DNA from: an uncultured delta proteobacterium | GTDB lineage: Bacteria > Desulfobacterota > WTBG01 > CAIYCZ01 > CAIRTM01 | Length of the DNA: 64,000 nt | Assembly (NCBI GenBank): GCA_963804955.1 | Contig: CAWDSQ010000013.1 | Coordinates: 83,692 to 147,691 of the forward strand | Direction: 5' to 3' | Part shown: piece by piece, positions 22,110-34,200 of the stretch | Position numbering within the stretch: the first letter of the stretch is position 1 | Layout of the letters: every line of letters begins with the position of its first letter | The notes under the pieces: model-generated | What the model saw: the letters and a program-made list of their open reading frames with translations, nothing else | Told to the model about the DNA's origin: nothing | Databases searched by the model: none | Translations under genes and position numbers: made by a program

Positions 22110-22672
22110 GAGAGCCTCATTGTTTGTGATGTGTACTTGGATCTTCAGGCATAAAAATCATCCCCGACGGGCAAAATGCACCGCCGGCAGACACATGATT
22201 CCTTCTGCCGCACAATAAAAAACAGACGTCAGGCGAAAGGCTTTTCTGTTAAGCCAGGAATGGCGGCGGCACCTGGCAGCAGGGCAACAACAGCGCAACG
22301 TAGACTGCATGCTGCCATCTCAGAAAAAAGTCTTTGCGCCATGCTTGTTCGTCAACCAGTAGTCATAGGATGCGCCTCCGACTGCACTGAGCATCTGCTT
22401 TTCATAAGCATTGCATTGGATATAAATTTAATAATATAAACAACAATAGAATACAATGACTAATATAATCTTAGTACGGATAATTTTTATTTTTAGCTTA
22501 TAGTACGTGCTGATGTCTTTTTTGTTTGTCCTGCAAAAAAAAACAAACACCGGACATGTATTTTTTAGTTTTTAGTCAAAAAAAAAGAGCTTCGAAGCTC
22601 CTTTTTACTTACATGCACAGCATCATATCTAAAATGCTGCATCTGTATGCTCAGCAGTCATGGCGCAGAATC

Positions 22673-24400
22673 TCATTTCTTTCCCTTCTTGATTTTAGCC
22701 CATTCATCCTTGAGTGTAACGGTACGATTAAAAACCGGATTGCCGGCAGCCGAATCAACCCTGTCGACACAGAAATAACCCAGTCGTTCAAACTGGTACA
22801 GGTCACCCACCCGTGCCGACGTCAGGCTCGGCTCAAGGCGGCACCCTGCAATAACCTCCATGGAGGCAGCATTAAGATGGTCCTTATAGTCCTTACCCTC
22901 ACTGTCATCGCTGGGGTCGGGCACGGTGAACAGCTTCTCGTAAAGCCGCACCTGTGCCTCAACAGCATGGCTGGCCGACACCCAGTGCAGGGTTGCCTTC
23001 ACCTTGCGGCCGTCTGGAGCATCGCCTCCTCTGGTTGCCTGATCATAGGTGCAGTGAAGCGCCGTAATTTCACCCGTGACTGAGTCCTTTTCAACACGAT
23101 CACACTTGATAAAAAAGGCATACCGGAGACGTACCTCGCGTCCCGGCGCAAGACGGAAAAACTCCTTGGGCGGATTTTCCATAAAATCGTCCCGCTCGAT
23201 AAACAGTTCGCGGGAAAAAGGAACCATGCGCGTACCGGCAGCCGGGTCGTCAGGATTGTTAATGGCCTGCAGCTCATCCACCTTGTCTTCAGGATAATTG
23301 TCAATAATCACGCGCAGGGGACGAAGCACTGCCATGACGCGCTGCGCGCGTTTATTCAGATCTTCGCGCAGGCAGTGCTCAAGCAGAGCCATGTCAACCG
23401 TGCTGTCGCGCTTGGCCACACCGATACGGTCGCAGAAGCTGCGAATAGACTCTGGCGTATATCCCCGGCGGCGCATGCCCGACAGCGTCGGCATGCGAGG
23501 ATCGTCCCAGCCCGATACAAGCCCCTGCTGCACGAGCTCGAGCAAACGCCGCTTGCTCATAACCGTATAGGTAATATTCAGACGTGCGAATTCTACCTGC
23601 TGCGGATGGGCAAGCTCTGCAAGCTGGTCGAGAAACCAGTCATACAGGGGCCGGTGGTCTTCAAACTCAAGCGTGCAAATGGAATGCGTGATGCCCTCCA
23701 GCGCATCGGAAACGCAGTGTGCGTAATCATACATGGGGTACATGCACCAGGCAGTGCCCGTCCGGTGATGCTCGGCCCGCAGAATCCGGTACATGATCGG
23801 GTCGCGCAAATTGAAATTGGGCGATGCCATATCGATCTTTGCCCGCAGCGTGCGGCTGCCGTCGGGAAACTCGCCCGCGCGCATGCGGCTGAAAAGATCC
23901 AGATTCTCTTCAATACTGCGGCCGCGGTAAGGGCTGGCAATGCCGGGCTCGGCAGGCGTTCCGCGATGCTGCCGCACCTGGTCGGGCGTCAGGTCGCAAA
24001 CAAAAGCCTTGCCGAGCCTGATGAGTTCAACGGCATACTGGAAGAGTTTCTCAAAATAATCCGATGCATAAAACTCGCGCTCGTCCCAGTCAAAACCGAG
24101 CCACCGCACATCCTCCCGGATGGAGTCGACATACTCTGTGTCTTCCCTGCTCGGATTGGTATCGTCAAACCGCAGATTGCATTTCCCCTTGTAATCCCGG
24201 GCTATGCCGAAATTAAGACAAATGGACTTGGCATGCCCGATATGCAGATAGCCGTTGGGCTCGGGCGGAAAACGGGTATGCACACGGCTGTCGTTTTTGC
24301 CTGTGCGCAAATCTTCATCGATAATGTCGCGTATGAAATTTGAAGCGGCAGGAACGCTGTTTTGATCTGTTGTTTCTTTGACTGCATCGAAAGACGGCAT
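22673..24400 (-). CDS. glnS: Glutaminyl-tRNA synthetase
   Basis: [42 protein letters not shown]. Confidence 0.97.
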   Translation of the reverse strand: MPSFDAVKETTDQNSVPAASNFIRDIIDEDLRTGKNDSRVHTRFPPEPNGYLHIGHAKSICLNFGIARDYKGKCNLRFDDTNPSREDTEYVDSIREDVRWLGFDWDEREFYASDYFEKLFQYAVELIRLGKAFVCDLTPDQVRQHRGTPAEPGIASPYRGRSIEENLDLFSRMRAGEFPDGSRTLRAKIDMASPNFNLRDPIMYRILRAEHHRTGTAWCMYPMYDYAHCVSDALEGITHSICTLEFEDHRPLYDWFLDQLAELAHPQQVEFARLNITYTVMSKRRLLELVQQGLVSGWDDPRMPTLSGMRRRGYTPESIRSFCDRIGVAKRDSTVDMALLEHCLREDLNKRAQRVMAVLRPLRVIIDNYPEDKVDELQAINNPDDPAAGTRMVPFSRELFIERDDFMENPPKEFFRLAPGREVRLRYAFFIKCDRVEKDSVTGEITALHCTYDQATRGGDAPDGRKVKATLHWVSASHAVEAQVRLYEKLFTVPDPSDDSEGKDYKDHLNAASMEVIAGCRLEPSLTSARVGDLYQFERLGYFCVDRVDSAAGNPVFNRTVTLKDEWAKIKKGKK

Positions 24401-24495
24401 GCTGATTCCTCATTATTTTTTTATCATTTGACCAGATACGCCCGTAAGAGACGGCTTTAAAAAACTGTCTCTGCATATTTTTTAATTACAATTCA

Positions 24496-25807
24496 TTAAG
24501 CCTTAAAAACTTTTTCATGGGCCTGCCGGTACACATTGCGTGTATCGAGAATAAGCTTCGCATGGGCCAGTATTTCATCATAGGCAAAACAGCTGTGATC
24601 CGTCACCACCAGCACCAAATCATATGAGGCAATGGCTGCAGGGCTATAAGCATATAGAGCGCAGTTTCATATCGGGAAAATGACGGTGCGGCCCGGTTTC
24701 AGGGATAAACGGATCATAGTAGTCAACGAGACCTCCCTGCTCGGCAATAAGGTCGTGAAGCGTCAGCGCAGGGCTTTCCCGAACGTCGTCGATGTCTTTT
24801 TTATAGGCCACGCCCAGCAGCAGAATACGGCTTCCGCGCAGAGATTTGTTATGATAGTTGAGTGCGGCGTATACCTTCTGAAGCACAAAGTACGGCTGCC
24901 TGGTATTGATTTCACCGGCCAGTTCGATGAAGCGGGTTGTAAACTCATACTCTTTAGCCTTCCAGGTCAGATAGTACGGATCTATGGGAATGCAGTGCCC
25001 GCCGAGCCCGGGGCCCGGATAAAAAGCCTGGAAGCCGAACGGCTTGCTTTTTGCCGCGTCGATAACCTCCCAGACATTGATGCCCATGCGGTCAAAGAGC
25101 ATTTTCAGCTCATTGACCATGGCTATATTGACCGCGCGGTAGGTATTCTCAAGTATCTTAGACGCCTCGGCTACTTTGGGTGTTGAAACCCTGACAGTCG
25201 TCACTATTTCACGGTACAGGCAGTCGACTACCTCAAGGCAGTCCGGCGTCACACCGCTGACGATCTTGGGAATCGTGCCGGTCGAAAAATCCTTATTTCC
25301 CGGATCTTCCCGCTCAGGGGAGTACCCGAGATAATAGTCCACACCGACCTTCAGTCCCGTTGCCTCAAGAATCGGCAGCATATCATCCTCTGTCGTTCCG
25401 GGATAGGTGGAGCTTTCAAGCACAACCACCTGCTCGGCTCGCAGATGCTGCGCTATGCTGCGGGTGGAATTAAGAACATATGACAGGTCTGGATTGCGGT
25501 GCTTGCCCAAAGGGGTCGGCACGCAAATGATTATATAGTCGACGTCGGCAAGCCGTGCAAAATCCGTCGTAGCTGTCAGTTTTTTTGTTTCAAGAACATG
25601 TTTTTTTAAAAAATCATCCTGAATATGCTTGATATAACTTTCACCGCTGTTAATCTTTTCAACCTTGCTGCTGTCAACATCAAAGCCGCAAACAGTAAAG
25701 CCCTCTTTGAGAAACTCACGGGCAAGAGGCAGCCCGACATAGCCAAGCCCGATTATGCCGACAACTGCCTCGCGGGCAGCAACTTTACTGCAAAGCTTAC
25801 TTTTCAT
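24496..25807 (-). CDS. UDP-N-acetylhexosamine dehydrogenase (WbpA/WecC family), frameshift near C-terminus
   Basis: GLGYVG, ICVPTP, ESSTYPG, SPER, GGHCIPIDP, GVAYK. Tail LVVTDH...DTRN lies in another frame. Confidence 0.88.
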
Positions 25808-25877
25808 AGTTCCCCCATAAAAATTAATTATAAAAAAATTTAAATTAATGCGAGCTGAAATTTATTTCAAGTTATCA

Positions 25878-26014
25878 GTGATGGTTTCATAAAAAGTCCG
25901 AAACTGTCACCCTGAACGAAGTGAAGGGTCTCGTAACTGCTGCAAAAACGAGATTCTTCGCTCCGCTCAGAATGACAAAATAGTGTTTTTTGACTTTTTA
26001 CGAAAGTATCATCA
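25878..26014. mobile_element. MITE-like element with terminal inverted repeats enclosing a REP-type palindrome
   Basis: tgatggtttcataaaaagtc ... gactttttacgaaagtatcatca encloses tgtcaccctgaacgaagtgaagggtctc...gagattcttcgctccgctcagaatgaca. Confidence 0.7.
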
Positions 26015-26130
26015 GTTAGTGATTTTTCTTATCACATTCCTTCTCTTCTGTCACCTGAAGTCGCAATTTTTTCAGAATAGTAGATTAATGTTAACCGCTC
26101 TGTCAGTTTTTTATTTAGGATGCAAACAAG

Positions 26131-26157
26131 TTGACGAAAAAAATACCCTGTGATAAT
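26131..26157 (+). promoter_or_regulatory. Sigma70-like promoter of the fdh operon
   Basis: TTGACG ... tgtGATAAT just before the leader RNA. The spacer is 15 nt across an A-run, possibly an indel error. Confidence 0.5.
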
Positions 26158-26163
26158 TTATAT

Positions 26164-26270
26164 GAGGTTTCCGAGTCCGCCCCCGGCGGACCGATAAGGT
26201 TGAGCTTGGCTCAGCCCGCCATTTTGCAAAGGAAGCCTGCAGGCGTCGTTTGCCTTCAGGCTTTTTTTAT
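26164..26270 (+). ncRNA. Moco/tungsten-cofactor riboswitch candidate with overlapping intrinsic terminator
   Basis: P1 ggtttcc/ggaagcc, hairpins gtccgcc/ggcggac and ggttgagc/gctcagcc. TTCCGAG and CCATTTTGCAAAGGAA resemble Moco-motif conserved blocks. Lies upstream of a Mo/W enzyme. Confidence 0.65.
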
Positions 26271-26311
26271 TTTTATACGGCAATCAATACTAACCCAAGG
26301 AGGACACCAGG

Positions 26312-29300
26312 ATGAACATCACACGAAGGGGATTTCTCAAAATCTCCGGGGGCGCGGTGGCAGCCGGCAGTCTCGGGCTGAACCTCGCAGAGGTCCAGGC
26401 CAGTGCCGCAAACACCAAAATCACGTCGGCCAAGGAAACGACGACCGTATGCCCGTACTGTTCAGTCGGGTGCAGCATTATCGTGCACACGCAGAACGGG
26501 AAAGTGGTCAATACCGAAGGCGACCCCGATTCACCCATTAACCAGGGCAGCCTGTGCAGCAAGGGCATGTCGGTGTACCAGCTTACACATGTCAACCCGG
26601 GCCGCCTGACAAAACCCCTCTACCGCGCGCCCAAAAGCGACAAGTGGGAGGAAAAGTCCTGGGAGTGGATGCTTGAAAAAATCGCGCACAATATCAAAAA
26701 GAGCCGCGACGAAAGCTTCAAGACGGCCAATGCCAAGGGTGAAACCGTCAACCGCACTGAGGGCATCGCCTCTGTCGGCAGCGCAGCCATGGACAATGAA
26801 GAGTGCTTCATTTATCAAAAATTTCTCAGGAGCCTGGGTCTCGTCTATATCGAGCACCAGGCCCGGATATGACACTCCGCAACTGTAGCGGCTCTGGCAG
26901 AGTCGTTTGGACGCGGTGCAATGACCAATCACTGGATCGATTTCCGCAACAGTGACTGCATTCTGGTTATGGGCAGCAACCCTGCCTGTAACCACCCGGT
27001 TGCATTCAAATGGATACAGAAAGCTATTGATAACGGCGCTAAGCTTATCTGCGTTGATCCCCGGTTCACGCAAACCGCCGCAAAATCACATATCTATGCC
27101 CCGCTGCGCTCGGGCACTGACATTGCTTTCCTGGGCGGCATGATAAAGTACATCCTCGATAACAAGCTCTACTTTGAAGAGTATGTGCGCGAGTACACTA
27201 ATGCAGGCTTTCTGGTGAATCCCGACCTCAAACTTCCGGGCGACAATGACGGCGTATTCTCCGGCTTGTCCGGAACTAAAGCAAAAGAAGGCTTTGTTAG
27301 CGGAAAGTATGACAAGGCAACCTGGACGTTCCAGATGAACGATGACGGTACGGCAAAAAAAGATCCGGCCATGCAGGACCCCAACTGCGTGCTGCAGCTT
27401 TTAAAAAAGCATTACAGCCGCTACACGCCTGAAAAGGTCGTAGAGATCACCGGGACGCCGAAAGATAAGCTGCTTGAAATCTACAAAGCCTACGGAGCAA
27501 CAGGCAAGCCCGACAAGGCGGGCACTGAGCTGTATGCCATGGGCTGGACCCAGCATACTGTAGGCGTGCAGAACATCCGGGCAATGTCAATTATCCAGCT
27601 GCTGCTGGGAAACATGGGCATTGCCGGCGGCGGCATAAATGCAATGCGCGGCGAGTCTAACGTGCAAGGGCTCGACCGACCACGGCCTGCTGTTTCACAT
27701 TCTGCCCGGGTATCTTCAGACTCCGAATGCCTCACTGCCGAGCCTGGCCGCCTACAATGAAAAGAACACCCCAAAGACAAAAGAGCCGCAAAGTGTCAAC
27801 TGGTGGAGCAATAAGCCCAAATACATGGCGAGCCTGCTGCGTTCCTTCTATGACCAGGGGTTGCCGCTTGAGGATGCCTATGCTTTGATGCCCAAAATTG
27901 ATGACGGCGCCAACTACTCCTGGCTGACCATTTTCGATAAAATGTACAAAGGCCAGTTTTCCGGCTTCTTTGCCTGGGGCCAGAACCCGGCATGTTCGGG
28001 CGCCAATTCCAATAAGGTGCGGCAGGCTCTGGCAAAGCTGAAGTGGATGGTGAATGTAAACCTGTTTTCAAACGAAACCGGAGACTTCTGGATGGGTCCG
28101 GGCATGAACCCTGCAGAAATCGACACTGAGGTCTTTATGCTGCCCTGCGCTGCGTCCATGGAAAAAGAAGGCAGCATCAGCAACAGCGGCCGCTGGATGC
28201 AGTGGCGTTACAAGGCCACAAATCCGCCGGGAGAGGCCATGCCCGATGGCGAGATCATCAGCGAGCTCTATCACAAGATGCGCAAGCTGTATGAAAAGGA
28301 TGGCGGCGCCCTGCCCGACCCCATACTGAAGCTGACCTGGAATTACGGCAATCCGGCCAGACATGGCAAGGAGGCGCTCTTTGATCCGCATGCGGTTGCC
28401 AAAGAGATCAACGGCTATTTCCTCGAGGACAAGGAAATAAATGGCGTTCTTTATAAAAAAGGCACGCTGGTGCCGGCCTTCCCGCTTCTCCAGGATGACG
28501 GCTCGACCTCTTCGGGCTGCTGGGTCTATTGCGCTTCCTATACCGAAAAAGGCAATATGGCTGCACGGCGCGGCAAGGAAGACCCCACCGGCCTCGGCAT
28601 GTACCCCAACTGGTCATGGGCATGGCCGGTGAACAGGCGCATCATTTATAATCGTGCGTCGGTAGATAAAAACGGCGCAACCTGGGCCCCGAAAAAGCCG
28701 GTCATTCAGTGGAATGCCGAAAAGAAAGCCTGGGTCGGCGATATTCCTGACGGCCCCGCCCCGCCGCTTGCAACCGAAGGCGGAAAGCTGCCCTTCATCA
28801 TGAAGCCTGACGGTATCGGGAGTATTTTCGGCCCCGGTCTGGCCGACGGACCGTTTCCCGAGCACTATGAACCCCTTGAGTGCCCCATCGATAAGAACCC
28901 GCTGTCGCCGCAGTTCGTCAACCCCACGGTCAAGCGCTGGGAAAAGGACGGCGTGCCTGATCTTGACAAGCGCGCAACCTGCGATCCGCGCTATCCCATC
29001 GTCTGCACCACGTACCGCGTCAGCGAGCACTGGCAGACCGGTGTGATGACGCGCTGGACGCCGTGGCTGCTTGAAATGCAGCCCGAAATGTTTGTCGAGA
29101 TGAGCCGCGAGCTTGCAGAGCTCAAGGGCCTGAAAAACGGCGAGCGCGTCATGGTACGGTCAGCCCGCGGCGAGGTCAATGCCGTTGCCATCGTAACGCC
29201 CCGGTTCAAGCCCTTTACCATTGCAGGACAGCTCGTGCATGAAGTGGGCATACCGTGGCACTATGGCTGGCGCTATCCCGACCCTGAAAAGAAAGAGCTC

Positions 29301-29402
29301 CGCAGCGCCAACCTGCTCACCCCGAGCATCGGCGACCCCAACACCATGATTCCCGAATCCAAAGCGTTCATGGTTGATGTGGTCAGAAAGGAGGGCAAAT
29401 AA
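26312..29402 (+). CDS. fdnG: Formate dehydrogenase-N type alpha subunit, selenocysteine-containing (Sec TGA 26870-26872, frameshift near 27668)
   Basis: Tat signal RRGFLK, CPYCSVGC...LCSKG 4Fe-4S motif, HQARI-U-HSATVAALAESFGRGAMTNHW, GWTQH, RGESNVQG, EHWQTG. Confidence 0.95.
26873..26912 (+). promoter_or_regulatory. Bacterial SECIS candidate
   Basis: Hairpin gcggctct-ggc-agagtcgt about 15 nt after the in-frame TGA. Confidence 0.65.
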
Positions 29403-30193
29403 TGAGCGAAAAAATAATGCTTGTAGACCTTTCCAAGTGTACGGCCTGCCGCTCCTGTCAGGTGGCATGCAAAAACTGGAACGGCCTGCCCGCGGTACCG
29501 ACGATTAACCGCGGCACCTACCAGAACCCGCCTGACCTCAACGCGAAGACCTATACGCTGATTCGGTTTCAGGAACTGGAGGCCGAAAACGGCGCCATCA
29601 AGTGGCTGTTCCGCAATGACAAATGTTTTCACTGCACCGACGCGGGCTGCATGAAGGCCTGCCCGGTGCCCGGCTGCATCACCAGAACAGAGTCGGGAGC
29701 GGTGGTGCTTGACAGCACAAAATGCATCGGCTGCAAATACTGCTACCATGCCTGCCCGTTTTCGGTGCCGCAGTTTGATGCTGACACGGAGAAAATGTAC
29801 AAGTGCCACTGGTGCCATGACCGGCAGGCAGAGGGCCGTATTCCTGCCTGCGCGAAAGCCTGCCCGACCGGTGCCATCACCTTCGGCGACAAGGACGCCA
29901 TGATGACACAGGCTTACAAGCGCGCCAAAGACCTGGGCGGCGATGCCAGTGTGTACGGCGACAAGCACCTGGACGGCACCCACGTGGTCTATGTGCTCAC
30001 GGAAAAGCCGGAGATATATGACCATCTTCCTGCAGATCCCAAAATTTCTCCTGCCATATTCCTGTGGAAGGATGTGCTGAAACCATTCTCAATGCTGAGT
30101 TTCCTGGGCGGTTTGGGCGCATGCGCTCTCTATTATCTGATCAAAGGTCCCAAGCGGCCCAAGTTTGAAGAAGGAGGTGAAAAACATGAGTAG
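29402..30193 (+). CDS. fdnH: Formate dehydrogenase iron-sulfur beta subunit
   Basis: Four Fe-S motifs (CTACRSCQVAC, CFHC...CMKAC, CIGCKYCYHAC, CHWC...CAKAC) and a C-terminal TM helix. Confidence 0.92.
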   Translation: MSEKIMLVDLSKCTACRSCQVACKNWNGLPAVPTINRGTYQNPPDLNAKTYTLIRFQELEAENGAIKWLFRNDKCFHCTDAGCMKACPVPGCITRTESGAVVLDSTKCIGCKYCYHACPFSVPQFDADTEKMYKCHWCHDRQAEGRIPACAKACPTGAITFGDKDAMMTQAYKRAKDLGGDASVYGDKHLDGTHVVYVLTEKPEIYDHLPADPKISPAIFLWKDVLKPFSMLSFLGGLGACALYYLIKGPKRPKFEEGGEKHE

Positions 30194-30830
30194 CACGGTA
30201 AAAAATTCAAGCTATGATCTTATAAATGTGACAACGCCGTTTGAGCGGCTGGTGCACCTTGCTTTTGCCGGCAGCTGCATCATTTTGTTCATCTCCGGCT
30301 TTGGCCTGATGTTTCATTCGCTGAGCTTTCTAGCAACTATGTTCGGCGGCCATTTTGTCACGAAATACGTGCATAATATTTCAGGGATTGTCTTTGCCAT
30401 AAGCGGCCTTTTCGCCGTGGTCATTTGGTTCAAAGACGGCGCAATCTTTGACGCTGACGACATCAAGTGGTTTATGAAAGGCGGCGGCTATCTCTGGACC
30501 AAAGAAGGCATCCCCCCGCAGGGAAGGTTTAATGCGGGCCAGAAAATGTATTTTGTGCTGAAGGCCGCAACCTGGGTGCTGATGTCGGTCACCGGCATCA
30601 TTATGTGGTTTCCGTATTTCTTCGGCAGAGAGCTGACAATTTTCACCTATCCGCTGCATATCCTTGGCGTGGCATCCCTTGCAGGCGCTGTTGTTATTCA
30701 TGGCTTTCTCGGCTCGCTGGGCAACCCCGGCACCATTCAGGCCATGATAACAGGCAAATGCACCAGGGCCTGGGCAAAGCTGCAGCATGGCAAATGGCTC
30801 AAGGAATACGACGAGAAACATGCCAGGTAA
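30186..30830 (+). CDS. fdnI: Formate dehydrogenase cytochrome b gamma subunit
   Basis: ERLVH, four TM helices with His ligands, GRFNAGQK, AMITG...WAKLQHGKW. Confidence 0.9.
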   Translation: MSSTVKNSSYDLINVTTPFERLVHLAFAGSCIILFISGFGLMFHSLSFLATMFGGHFVTKYVHNISGIVFAISGLFAVVIWFKDGAIFDADDIKWFMKGGGYLWTKEGIPPQGRFNAGQKMYFVLKAATWVLMSVTGIIMWFPYFFGRELTIFTYPLHILGVASLAGAVVIHGFLGSLGNPGTIQAMITGKCTRAWAKLQHGKWLKEYDEKHAR

Positions 30831-30849
30831 TCAGTTTTCATAGCCAAAC

Positions 30850-30885
30850 AAAAAAGGCTGCCGTAATCCGGCAGCCTTTTTTTTA
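30850..30885 (+). terminator. Intrinsic (bidirectional-type) terminator after fdnI
   Basis: aaaaaaggctgccg-taatc-cggcagcctttttttt. Confidence 0.85.
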
Positions 30886-30937
30886 AACTCGACTTTTTTT
30901 GATCACCATTTAGGCTGTACTGTGCAACATAATTTTA

Positions 30938-31170
30938 ATGCCCTCGTAAAAAGTCCCGGTACGGGCCATTGCGAGAAGCCCTTCGGCACAGCTCAGGATA
31001 AACTCCGCGACGTGGCAATCTTGATTTTCGTAGGGGCTCAAAATTTTGAGCCCCTACTACAAGGGCAAAGATTGTTTCACTTCGTTTGCAATGACAGCGC
31101 ATGGTTCATAATAAAGCTTTATGCCATTGCGCATACTCTAACAAAATGTCATTGCGAGGCCGCAGGCCGG
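30938..31170. repeat. Nested mosaic of REP/MITE-type palindromes
   Basis: MITE end cgtaaaaagtc. Outer cattgcgag...gtggcaatc...gattgtttc...gcaatgaca. Inserts cccttcggcacagctcagga and the perfect 28-bp palindrome gtaggggctcaaaattttgagcccctac (31030-31057). Confidence 0.75.
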
Positions 31171-31254
31171 CATTAGGTATAGAGATATTTTATTTGATTA
31201 TATTTTCTCATAAATGTTATTTTAATAAAAATTTCAAAAATAAGAACTCTACGA

Positions 31255-34200
31255 ATGACGCACAAGTCTAAACTTCTTAAACTGTTTTTTACTGCAGCCT
31301 TCCTGATGCAGGTCTCATCTGCCGTGACCTGCACGCATGCACAGGGCAGCACCAAACCACTGCGAGTGCTGCTCATCAACTCCTACCATTACGGCTACAG
31401 CTGGTCTGATGACGAGCTGCTGGGGATCAAAGAAACTTTAAATGCCGCTCAGCTCAATATCGATATTTTTACAGAATATCTTGATTGCAAGCACTTTCCT
31501 GAACCTGAGCACCTTGAATTTATGCGCACTGCCCTGGCGCATAAATTCAAGAACAGTGCCCCGTCCATCATCATAGTCGCTGATGACCCTGCCCTTGATT
31601 TCATGGTAAAATTCAGAGACAGACTCTTCGGGCCGGTGCCTGTCGTCTTCTGCGGCATAAACAACTACTCACCGGAAATGACCGCAGCGCTCTCAAACTG
31701 CACAGGTGTTGCAGAACTCCTTGACATGCGCCGCACCATTGAAGCAATGCTGCGGCTGCACCCAAAAACACGCAAAATTTTCATAGTCTGCGATTACACG
31801 ATAACAGGCCTTGCTACAAAAAAAAGCACCGAAGCTGCACTGAAAGAACTCCCCGTCCGGCATTGAGTATATGTTTGCTCAAAATACCGGCATTGATGAA
31901 ATTCTCAAGCAGATCACTATGCTGCAGCCGGACTCGCTGGTTCTATCTCTTTCATACAGCCGGGACAGCAACGGCAGGGTATTCGACCATACTGAAATCG
32001 CCTCAATTCTCAGCAGGACCTCGCCCGTGCCCGTCTATGCCGTGCATCAGGAACGCCTCGGTAACGGAATTATCGGCGGCTGGCTCCTGGGGGGTAAAAC
32101 CCATGGGGAGCAAACCGCGCACATCGCGCTGCGCATTCTGCAGGGCGCACAGCCAGGCGGCATACCCGTGGATATGAAGCCGGCATCCCGGCCCATGTTC
32201 GATTATGCGCAGATGCTTCGTTTCGGCATTTCCTCTGCTGATATACCCGAGGGCAGCATCGTCATCAACCGGCCCGAGTCATTCTATGAAAAATACGGTC
32301 GCATTTTCTGGATGGTCATCTGCATTATCAGTCTTCTGACTGCGGCAATCATTTTGCTGAGCATCAACAATATGCGCCGCAGACGCGCTGAAGAGGAGCT
32401 CCGCCTGAGCAGAGAGCAGTTCGCTCTTGCCATAGAAGCCACAAACGACGGCTTGTTCGACTGGGACATGATCACAGGTCAGGCCTATTTCAGCCCGCGC
32501 TACTATACCATGCTCGGCTACGACTCCGGCGAACTGCCTGCAAGTTATGAAACCTGGCAGCAGCTGCTGCATCCTGACGATCTGGCCCATGCTGAAAAAA
32601 TTATCAAACAGTATTTTGACAACACGATTCAGAGCCATGACATTGAATTCCGCATGCGGACCAAATCGGGGAACTGGCGCTGGATTCGCAGCCGTGGCAG
32701 GGCTGTCGAGCTTGACAGCAAAGGTAAAACCCTGCGCATGGTGGGCACGCATACCGACATCACTGAAAACAAACATGCCGAGGAATCCTTGCGCGAAAGC
32801 GAGCGAAAGTACCGCGAGCTGATTGAAAATGCAAACAGCAGCATCATGCGATGGAAGCCGGACGGCACGATCACCTTTTTTAATGATTTTGCGCAGCGTT
32901 TTTTCGGCTACGGTGAAGATGCCATCATCGGACGGAATTTACTCAACACCATCGTTCCCGAACTTGAGTCGACCGGCCGCGATTTAACCGAAATGATCCG
33001 TGCCATTGGCGAGCACCCCGAAAATTTTATCAGCAGCCTTAATGAAAACATATGCCGCGATGGCAGGCGGGTCTGGATATCCTGGGCCAACAGGCCGGTA
33101 TTTGACGCTGCCGGACATCTGGAGGAAATATTGTCTATCGGAAGCGACGTGACCGAACGAAGGCTTGCCGAAGAGCTTCGCTTGCAGCTGTATGCCGCCA
33201 TCGAGCAGGCTGCTGAAAGCATCTCAATCATAGACAAGCAGAGCTGCTATGTGTACGTCAATCCTGCCTTAGAGCGCATGAGTGGCTATTCACGCAATGA
33301 GCTCATCGGGCAGCACACGAAAATGATGTTTACCGACGAATATATGGAAAAGTATCTCCGTGAAAGCATCCAACCTCTGGTGCGGGGTGAAGCCTGGGAG
33401 GGAACTATTATTAAAAAAAGGCATGACGGCACACTGTATGAAGTTGAAGCCCATATCTCCCCCGTGCGCAATGATGCCGGCCAGATCATCAGCTTCGTGA
33501 CTGTCGAATCCGACGTTACCCGCGAGCGGGACCTGGAGCGCCAGCTGCAGCAGGCGCAAAAAATGGAAGCCATAGGAACGCTGGCGGGCGGCATCGCTCA
33601 CGATTTTAATAATATTCTGGGCATTATCATTGGCTATACCGAGCTTGCCCTGACCAAGATCCAGCCGGGCAACCCTGTTGCAGGAGACCTTGATCAGGTT
33701 CTTCTGGCCGCCGACCGGGCGCGCAACCTTGTACGTCAAATACTCGCTTTCAGCCGCAAAACAGACAATAAGCGCCACATTATGGATCCTGTGCCGATCC
33801 TGAATGAAACACTGAAACTGCTGCGCGCAACCATTCCAACTACCATCAACATACAGCAGGACCTGGCTGCAGACTGCGGCCATATTTTAGCCGACCCCAC
33901 TGAGCTCCACCAGGTGATCATGAACCTGTGCACAAATGCCGCCCATGCCATGGAAACCACAGGCGGCACCCTCATGGTGCGCATAGCAGCATGCAGCCTC
34001 TGCGGTGAAAGCGCTGAACAGTTCCCGGGACTTCTTCCCGGGAGCTATGTGCGCATACTGGTTTCCGACACAGGCACCGGCATAGCCCCCGACATTATTG
34101 AACGCATCTTCGACCCGTTCTTCACCACAAAGGAAGTAGGCAAAGGTACGGGCATGGGCCTTGCTGTGGTGCATGGCATTATAAAAAGCCTTGGGGGAGG

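Noticed and set aside
22285..22370. c-di-GMP-I (GEMM) riboswitch upstream of cheA
   Set aside because: The minus strand has GGCGCAAAG and ATGGCAGC fragments but lacks the GGCAAA/GNRA first stem and a convincing second stem. It would need an RF01051 hit.
23375..24343. Long antisense ORFs (also 3818..4858 and 41937..43109)
   Set aside because: They are shadows of well-supported genes on the opposite strand and have no recognisable motifs.
31860..31870. Second selenocysteine TGA in the sensor kinase
   Set aside because: The protein continues in a different frame (GIEYMFAQ), so this is a frameshift rather than readthrough.
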